Source: Bugula neritina (lineage: Eukaryota > Animalia > Bryozoa). From it: a DNA stretch of 64,000 nucleotides. The translations under genes and the position numbers were made by a program. The stretch is taken from NCBI GenBank assembly GCA_964035545.1, contig OZ037769.1:2108001-2172000 (forward strand). Reading direction: 5' to 3'. Positions 55,065-64,000 of this stretch are shown here, piece after piece. Position 1 is the first letter of the stretch. Each line of letters begins with the position of its first letter. The notes beneath the pieces were generated by a model. It had not been told where the DNA came from, made no database searches, and was given only the letters and a program-made list of their open reading frames with translations.

Positions 55065-56395
55065 ATTGAAACTAGCCACTTCCAAACAAGACTCCAGCAA
55101 AATTCTCCGATGCGTAGTTACTGAAAAAGAATAGTTTGTTCAGCACACAATTTCAGTTACCATAGGCATATAAAATATTTAACCGATATATTGAACTTCA
55201 TAACCCAACAATAGAGGTGAATAATGCAGTTTTGTGATCATTCATTGTTATTGATTAGGACGACTTTAGTCATGTTAAAAAAAACCTGATGATTCATAGA
55301 ACTTGAAATTCTAACTTACAAAATGAAAATTTAAAAATTATGATTTGAGATCTAGCTAGTTATACGGGAACTAGTTTATTGCAATACTACTACTACTACT
55401 ACTAGTAATGTTTATGTTATTTACCAGATTAAATGATTAGAATAATCACAAAGTGAAAGTTGTTAACATTTGTTGTTAGCCTAAGAGTAAGAGAGTAAGA
55501 CATGGTCATTTGAATTACTATAAATATATTTATTATCATAGACATTCACATTGCTTCAAAACTGTAATCAGTAAACTGTAAGTGTAAAGGCAAAGGGTTA
55601 TCGTGATGCAAACTGACAGACTCAAAAAAGTGAAAATAAAAATATAATACTGATAATTACTAATACCATTAGTATAAATAATAATAATTTAAATTAAATT
55701 ATATAAAGTAATAAACTTAAAAGTAAAACAATATGAATATTAATTTACAATTATCAATTATGAATTAAGTTACAGCATAATCATAATCATAATAACTATA
55801 AGAACGATAAGACTAAAACAAAGAGTAAGAATAAAAGTTAGAGTAACACTAACACTAAGTAACTGTAAGTAAATTAAAATTTAAAATAGTATTACAATAA
55901 ACTAAAAGTAAAAGTAAATCACACTGTAACTAAACCTAGCATGAGGTTTCCTAGAAGTAAAAGCCAGCATTTCAAACTTTTCAAAATTCAGCTTAGCTGT
56001 GGTTCTAGAAGATTTTGTTTTTCACTTCTATGTAGTTCGTCTTGAAGAATTCTGGAGGCACAGCATGTTTATAGTTTCTTAGACTATTCTATGAGAGTTT
56101 CGTGTCTTTTTATTGGACGCTAAACGCTAATTAAATAAACAAATGCGAGAACGCGGGATATATTATTTATATCAGACAGCTCCCCTATTGGTGATCAGAA
56201 CTGATATGTCAAGGACAAAATGCAATTTCCTGTTCAATGACCTGCACTACTGAAGGCATAAACTTGTTGAAGTTCTTTGAATTTCAATTTCTAGCCGAAA
56301 AAGATTGCTGCTGCTGCTGCTGCACTTCTAGCTTTCATGCAATCTTGCTAGACTAGTTATTTTGTTTATAGCGACATTGATATTACTAGCTAGTA

Positions 56396-59300
56396 ATGAA
56401 TTCGTTGGGAGTACGCTTTTGTAGAGTTTTGAAGGTAAGAATTAGAATAACTAGCCTACAACTGCAAGATCTGCAACTCGGACTCTGAGAGTGAGTCTCA
56501 CCCGTGGCTTCGCTCTTACTGTCTTAGTCTTGCTAGTTTCAGATATTTCAATTTGCAATTGCAAATAAAAGTGATTTCCATTTTGCAGTGATGTGATTTT
56601 CGAGCCGCACGTTTGCTTGCAAGTTGAAAGACAGCAGATCTAGTGGCGGCGATTTGTTTTACAATTACATGTTTTAGTATAAAATTAAATGTACTTGTAC
56701 TTGTAGAAGGAAATAAAATTAAATAACATAATGATATTTTTAATAGTATTAAACATAATCATAATGGTATTTAATTTTAGTAATTCACTAATTGGTACAG
56801 TAGTGGCATCTAACATGCATTAGCTTGTGACATTATGATTATCAAAAATGAAAAAAGTAATATTATGTCATTATGTCATAATATCATTTGTCATTTAAAC
56901 AACCTAGAAATTTCAACCATGAGTATTGATTTTATTGATAATACTGATTTACATCGATATATAAGCTAGTGTAAAAGGGCTTGTCATATAATTTTTTGTA
57001 TAAAAACATCCTAGATTGCATTTTGCCCCTTTTAGGGGCAAAATGCAATCTAGGTAGGCTGGCTGCCAAATATTTTCAAATGTAGTAAACTTCAATCTTG
57101 ATTTGGCAGATCTAATAAAATTGGCAAACTATTGCTAAACAATTTTTATCTACAAGTTCACGATGATTCATGAACTGCTGCACAAAGATGGTTCACTGAT
57201 TAGCCTGGCTAAATGTATTCTATTCCCTCTAAGTTAGTTGTTGCATAATCAGACTGCAGTTCATATGCAATTAATAGATAAAGTTTGTTAGAGGAAAAAG
57301 TATTGGCTAATGCATTTATTTATTAATCTCTACTCGATTACAAGCTCTGTTTGCTATACAGGTATGTTTTCGAACTTATTTCAGTTTTGAGCTTTAGCTT
57401 GCAGTTGCAGCTGGCTATAAGCGTTTTTAGGATAGTTAAAATCTGCTTAATTTACTGAAAAGCCTATTTTCATCTAAAAAGTTATCATCTTCCAACAAAT
57501 TGTTCCCACACTAAACACTGTGCCCTGCTGCTTTGTACCACCAATCACAATTCACTCAAATTTTACTGAAGATCTTTACATTTTACTCTCTAAATCAAAA
57601 TACTTCTATCACCTCCATCCTAACCAGAGCAGTTCAAGAAATTTTTAATTCTATTTTATTGTCAAATGTCTCAGAGTTGTAAGAAAAATAAATATTTATG
57701 TAAATCCATGTAATCTTTGCTCTTCAATGAGAAGTTATCTTGACATGCGCAATCTCAGTAGGCTTATAATGTCTTGTTGCAATAATTTAGTACATTCCAT
57801 TCCTAGTCTGGCAGTTATGTTGGTATATATGTTAAATCTTGCAATTCATTTTGATTGCATTGCAAATTGATACATCGACAAATACACTACATTACCAACA
57901 CAAAAAAGCAGATGCAGTTATGCTAATTATGCTTTGTCCATTAGTTTTGTAAAGATTTGTTTTTCAACACGGCATAATTTTTACTTGAGAAAAATTATCT
58001 GCTTTCATGTGTCCAGTGCATGGTAACCTTTGTAAGATGTTTTCCCATTCCATAGTTCATAAAATGCACCATTCTCGACAAATCTATGTCTGGAACAATC
58101 AACAACTTTTTGTTTCTCATAGTGAACTTTGATATTTCTGTTTGGCAACTTTCCAAGTATTAGTATTGATATTGCACAATCAGGAAATGAACCAGTCTTT
58201 GCACGTGCTTAATTGTTTTGACTTTTGGTCTTAACGTGCCATTGAGGTTGGACTTTGAACCTTGCACCTGCCTGTTGAGCAGGCCATGCGTAAAACCATT
58301 CACCCTACACAATACTGAGATAAAAATACACTGTTGATCTAATATCGTAGTATTAGTAGCAATTGGCAAGAGCTCTCTTTTCATTTTATCCATAACCAGT
58401 GTGTGTACTGCACGCAGGGCACTATGTGGGAGATATAGTTATTAGTTGATTAATGTGATATAGTTATTAGTTGATTAACGTGACTCTATAATCACTCCTT
58501 GCATTGTGAACAGTATTACCAGGTATCTATTACTGTTAGTGATGTCTCATAGCTTTGTATTGGTTTTCAAATATTTGCTTGTTTTTGTTTTCTAATTTAT
58601 ATATTCTTGTTGATTCTCAACAACTTTCAATTACAGTGACATGCTGTAGATGGCAACTAATTTGAGTTTCGGTCATCTTCAGCTGGTTTTTTTGGGTTAA
58701 TTCTCTGGAAACTTTGATGTGCATTTCCTGTGCAAAATATTTCAAATATTTTATATTAAAACTTGAAGGTATACCTTCAAATCCCACCTACACAGATATT
58801 CATCTGCTAATGTGCTTGTATACAGTCTAAACTAAAACTACAGCCATGTAGCATATAGCTGATATTTAACAACTGATGGCATAATATTAGGTACGCTACT
58901 CTTAATCAAATACTTGGTAATGCTTCTCCATACAATCCTCCCCCACGTACTACTTTGTACTATACCTATATAGCTTATGTAACTCTGCTTATCTATAGGC
59001 TACTAAGTAAATCTAATGAATGATTAGCGGATATCTTAGTGATGAGTCTGATTTTTTAAAATGAGCCTACGTTGTTACTATATATAGATTATTAGTCCAT
59101 ACATTAGGGTAGAAAACTGAACAATTGCAAAGGTTATATTTCTCGTAAGCTCTATACAAAAACATCGCTCTGTTTGCTATGCAGTAATGATGTAGGTAAT
59201 TGCATATGCCGATTCGTTGATGTAATTTATACACTCGATTTCTCAGCTGGGGTTCAATCACTTGATGGAAACTTTTATAGTATTCCTATTTCACAATATA

Positions 59301-62300
59301 TCTGCTCAAGGCACTATGTAGATTATTTTCCTGGAAGTGCAACTCATATTCAAAATGAAAGGGTCTCTAGTTTTATTTTTGTGGCGTAAAACTTGACTCA
59401 ACTGCATGTTTTAATGCAGTCCTCACTCAGCATTTATTACATCTTGTATACCCTCAACCTGTTTGTTCTCTAGACCCCAGGAATGACAACTCCCAGAAGG
59501 GTGTCCAGGGGGCGCATGTTCTCTATTCAGGCAGATCTTCCCCGTCTCCCAGTTCCCTCCCTCCAACAAACTCTAGACAAGTACCTCACAACCATCTCTC
59601 CCCTCACAACTCCAGAAGAATTTACCACCACTGAGCAGGTTAGAGTTGCACAGTAGTATGATAACTCCCAGTGGCTATAGCTTTGTTACACAGTAGTAAC
59701 ACAACTCCTAGTTTGTGTTGTATTATAATTTAATATGATGTAGTATCTGCTAGGATGCATGTTTTTACTATGGAAAAGGTTGTCTGCTATTCGGATTTTA
59801 GTAAAAAATGTCAGTTATGATGAATATGTGTACACTTTGCTCTGGATACTTTACTCTGCAAGTAAATGTAGTTTTAATAAACACAGTTGGCTGGTGGTAA
59901 ACCCCTTTCAGCTATTTGTTAGGGACTTTCACCTTGATGTACGTTTTGTACAGCTAGCATGCCGTCTGGTAAATGGGAAAGTTTTTGTGCGAGGTTTTTC
60001 AAAGAATAATTGTGTTTTTTGTAGTAATTTTTAGCCCATAAACAGTCAGTATTTTTTGTTCACAATCGTTTGTTGTGCATTGTTCATGTAGTCAGTACGG
60101 CGTAATGGTGATCTGTTTTCTTTCTTTCTTTCTTGTAATTATTTAGTAAAAACATTGAAGATTTTTACTGAAGTTTGATAGTAATTAAAAATTGCATTGA
60201 TAATTGAAGATAGTAAAGAAGTTTGCGTCCAATGAGGGACCACAGCTGCAGAAGCTTCTAGAAGAGTATGCAGTGGGCAAGGAGAGCTGGCTGGCAGAGT
60301 GGTGGCTCAACGCAGCCTACCTGGACTTCAGGTTGGCACCCTCTAGCTCTCCTCTAACTATCCTACACAATTTAGATCCGAGGTTATCTTGTGCTGTAGT
60401 ATGTTGAATACACTGCACTAAGTGTGTGTGCCTGTGTGTGTGATATGACACATGCAATGCAATGTGGCAGCTTGCACACTCTAATTATGATTCTGTTGTG
60501 TAGAGAGCCGTGTGTCATCAACAGTAACCCTGGCATGGTCATGCCTTCTCAGAAGTTCAACTCCGATGATGATTGGCTAGCGTATGCTGCCAGAGTGGCC
60601 AGAGCTGCCATAGATTACAAATCTCTCATAGACACGTAAGTTACAGAAAGTACAGCACATATTCACTCAGCCAATCAAAGCTTGCGGTACATTCCCCTTT
60701 TTGTGATAAAACAATTCAGGGATGTCTGTTTTGTTTTCTGGTGTTTCAGAATTTTGTGATATTTCGAAAGCTGCGAATATATTGTGGAGTTAATAGGAGA
60801 ATGTCTGGATATTCATTTGACTACACAATAGAAGTTGGCAATCACCGGGACCTTGAATAAACCTACAACCATATCTACCTAACCTAACTCCTTGTGTTGT
60901 AGTGAGAGTTTAGAGGTAGAGGTGCTGGCAGGTAAACCCCTGTGTATGGTGCAGTACTACAATATATTCTCTACATGTCGTGTACCTGGGCTAAAGAGGG
61001 ACAGACTCGTGTGTTATCCCCCCAATAAACCCAACGCTCCGAGACACATCGTGGTGATGCACAACAACCAGGTGAGCGTTCTACTGTATAGGAGTACAGA
61101 ATGTAATGAGTTTATTATACATAATATTTACACAGTGTGGCATTTTACTGTTCAGTGGTATGCGCTCTGTGTAATGTATCTAGAACTAACTACTGCACAC
61201 TTTTTACAGTTCAGCAAATTATCTTATAGAACAAAATAATATATTTCCATTAGGTAAGTCTTAGTCTTAGCATTTCATATGTTAATGTGAACATGTTCTA
61301 TCTGTATTGCATAGCATAGTAACATGTGGCTCTTGCTATGTTATTGTATTTATTTGAGTCTGTAGTTGTATGGTACACCAACTTGTAGTTCTTCTCACTG
61401 GACATGTACGGTTCAGATGGTAAACCCTTGGGAGAGATGCAGATCCATAAACTGCTTTCCAAGATAGTAGCCAAGTCCCAGGACGAGGGGCCCGCTGTCG
61501 GCGCTCTCACTGCTTGCAATAGAAACACTTGGGCTAAGATGCATGCCAGCCTCTTAAAATGTGAGTACAGCATGTGGAGTGTCTAGCTTGTAGGTTATTA
61601 CTCTAGCTCTAGTATTTGTGTGTAGACTCAGGAACCTTTAGGATAGTCTTGGTTCCACATCTCCTCGCCGAACATGCTAGTGTTGAAGGCTACTAGTAAA
61701 GCTTACAAGCCAGTTTGACTTTAGTGAATGTCACTTCAGCTAATATCTTATTAACCAAACATAATAGAGGGTGGTAAAACTTTGAAAATTTTGTTTGACA
61801 ACACAAACTGAGGTGTTTAACATTTCCAATGTTTTAACTTCCAGTGTATGTATGGTAGAATATAATAACATATACATGTGTTTGTTGCAGTGGGGAGACA
61901 ACCCTTCACCCTGTTGCATTGTGTCAATGTATGTTAGAGTGGGGAGACAACCCTACACACTTGTTGCAACATGTCAATGTTTATTACAATGGGAGACGAC
62001 CCTGCACACCTGTTGCATTGTGTCAATGTATATTGCAGTGGGAGACAACCCTTCACCCTGTTGCATTGTGTCAATGTTTTTACAGTAAGAGACAACCCTA
62101 GTCACCTGTTGCAATGTGTCAATGTATATTGCAGTGGGAGACAACCCCTCACATTTAGATAAGATAGAAAAGTCAATATTCATATTGTGTCTGGACAAAC
62201 AACCCAGAGAGACCCACGATCCTTCTGCAGATGAATTAAGTCGCAGTGCCAGACAGATGCTGTACGGGGACGGCACTAAGGCCTTCTCAACCAATAGGTG

Positions 62301-63543
62301 GTTCGATAAAACACTGCAGGTTAGCTCTTATCTTATATTGTGACCTTTGACACTTTAGGACACCCAGTGTTAGTATATTCAATGTACGAAAAGTTATGTC
62401 TAGTATTGATTGTATTTTACTGTTGAAAGTTTTAAATACTATTGCTGTCAAATTTTATACTATGACATCACTCATTAAAGAATGTGATAGAAGATATGTT
62501 CTATTGAATGGAAACAGCCAGCCTTTCAACCAAATACTAAACTAGCTTCATCTCATATCATCATTTATGTTTTCTTTTCCTGTTGCAATTCTATACTCTT
62601 CCTGAGATGGTAATATGATGTATTGTTTGTTTACTGAGATGGTAATATGGTATATTGCTTGTTTACTGAGATGGTAATATGGCGTATTGTCTGTGTTGCA
62701 GTTTGTCGTGGGGAGAAATGGAAATATTGGACTCAACTATGAACATTCCCCTGCCGAAGGTCCCCCAATTGCTTCACTTCTTGACCATATACAAGACTAC
62801 ATGTAAGTTTTAACTGCACTGTTGCTAGGCAACAAGACTACCTGTAAGTTCTACCTGCACTGTTGCTAGGTAACAAGACTACCTGTGAGTTTTACCTGCG
62901 TTGTTGCTAGGTAACAATACTACCTGTAAGTTTAATTTGTGATGTTAGGTAATACTTTCACTGATTTTGTGGAGTAAAGAGACTATTTGGTAGAATGGGT
63001 CTTTGTTAAACTGCTTTCACCACTTCCACTTCCTGTTTTAGAACTAAAGGTAAAGAAAGTGAGCCGTCCAAAGGAACAACAGATATTCAGCCTCTGTCAT
63101 TCACTGTAAATAGTTCCATAGAGAAGGCAATTGAGACAGCCAAAACTGAAATAGATATGTGAGTTTATATAATAACTTTATTGACCCAACATCTATTCTG
63201 AATATATTCTCGTATGGAATACATATCTTGTATAAGTCTGTCAAATAAGTTGTAGTTACGTGAGAGAAGTCTATAAGTTGGGCTTAGTGCTCTCTCTATT
63301 GTCTCTCTATCTAAGTAAAATGTTTCAGCTCTATATGTCTCGCATTCACTCCAGAGAATAACCCTGCCATATGTAGCATTCCCCTTTACTCTCTGTATTC
63401 TCTTCCACCAGCTGTCTGTTAGTCATCTGTTGTATGTTTTTGGCAGCTTTGGTTCAGATGTCCAGCTGACAGCGCATAATTTCACTGGCTACGGCAAGAA
63501 TTTCGCCAAGTCCATAAAACAGAGTCCCGACGCTCTTATACAG
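56396..63543 (+). CDS. CRAT: Carnitine O-acetyltransferase (3'-partial). Exons 56396-56434, ~59474-59638, 60210-60331, 60504-60635, 60903-61071, 61389-61560, 62135-62319, 62702-62802, 63043-63158, ~63448-63543
   Basis: LPRLPVPSLQQTLDKYL (carnitine acyltransferase signature), SWLAEWWLNAAYLDFR, INSNPG, PLCMVQYY.IFSTCRVPG, NRWFDKTLQF, catalytic His in GLNYEHSPAEGPP, YGKNFAKS..QSPDALIQ. Confidence 0.92.
57010..57054. repeat. Perfect inverted repeat, 21-bp stem with 3-nt loop
   Basis: CCTAGATTGCATTTTGCCCCT-TTT-AGGGGCAAAATGCAATCTAGG. Confidence 0.97.
61885..62150. repeat. ~49-bp tandem repeat (5+ copies) whose unit includes the CRAT exon-7 splice acceptor and first codons
   Basis: ttgcag|tgggagacaaccc...ctgttgcattgtgtcaatgtata units with exon-like starts at 61891, 61940, 61990, 62039, 62086, 62135. 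Confidence 0.92.
62602..62695. repeat. ~32-bp tandem repeat x3 running up to the CRAT exon-8 acceptor
   Basis: ctgagatggtaatatg..gtattg.ttgttta units. Confidence 0.85.
62791..62932. repeat. 41-bp tandem repeat whose unit includes the CRAT exon-8 end and splice donor
   Basis: acaagactac(a/c)t|gt(a/g)agtt...tgttgctagg units; GT at 62803, 62844, 62885, 62926. Confidence 0.92.
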
Positions 63544-64000
63544 GTATGTAGATTACAGTTCCTAGTATATTTGTAATAGGACAGAGGTTAATATATATGA
63601 ACTGGGTTATTTTACCTAATTTAGTACACACTGGAAATCTCTAGTTTTAGCTATTTTTTATAACTAAGCTGGTAATAAACATGGCTTTTTGCCCAAAATT
63701 AACAACATATCAACAAATACTCCTAAATAATCAAAGTTTTTTGTAATTTTGCTTGATTTCCCATGTTTTTTCCTAATTATACAGCTTACTTTCGATTGCA
63801 GATCGTTATACATGTATTTTTCGTAATGGTCCGCAATCCAAATTAGCTAAATAAATGGGAAAAACACAACAAGATATTTGCATTCAGGGTGTATAATTAA
63901 GTATTTTAATATCCTAACATTTTTTATAAAAACAGTGAAATCCCTATCTATCTCCTTTTGGAACTCATGGAGGTTAAATAGTGTAAGCTATACATTTTTT

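Noticed and set aside
61885-62150. CRISPR-like array
   Set aside because: Whole units are repeated with no unique spacers, the context is a eukaryotic intron, and there are no cas genes

Overview
AT-rich, intron-containing animal (invertebrate) genomic DNA; the species cannot be determined from the sequence. Gene models were built by hand from GT-AG junctions and reading-frame continuity. In order, the window holds: (1) a four-gene cluster of cytosolic-type (PF00685-like) sulfotransferases, one on + and three on -, each complete copy with a separate first exon encoding a ~29-aa basic/hydrophobic N-terminal extension; (2) a type-I membrane receptor-like gene (signal peptide, two F5/8-C/F-type-lectin-like domains, two FN3, one sushi/CCP, TM, Tyr-rich tail); (3) two tandem PTPN9/MEG2-like tyrosine phosphatases with no Sec14 domain; (4) a single-exon orphan ORF; (5) HAUS6; (6) carnitine O-acetyltransferase (CRAT), truncated at the window end. 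The most striking structure is in the downstream PTP gene. It has two complete, frame-compatible copies of the last two catalytic-domain exons (P-loop exon plus Q-loop terminal exon), one with a canonical Q-loop (IQMPDQY) and one with Gln->Glu (VETPAQY), which suggests alternative splicing swaps half of the active site. Also seen are exon-limited homogenisation between paralogues, tandem repeats that copy real splice sites in CRAT, a tRNA-derived SINE family and several satellites.
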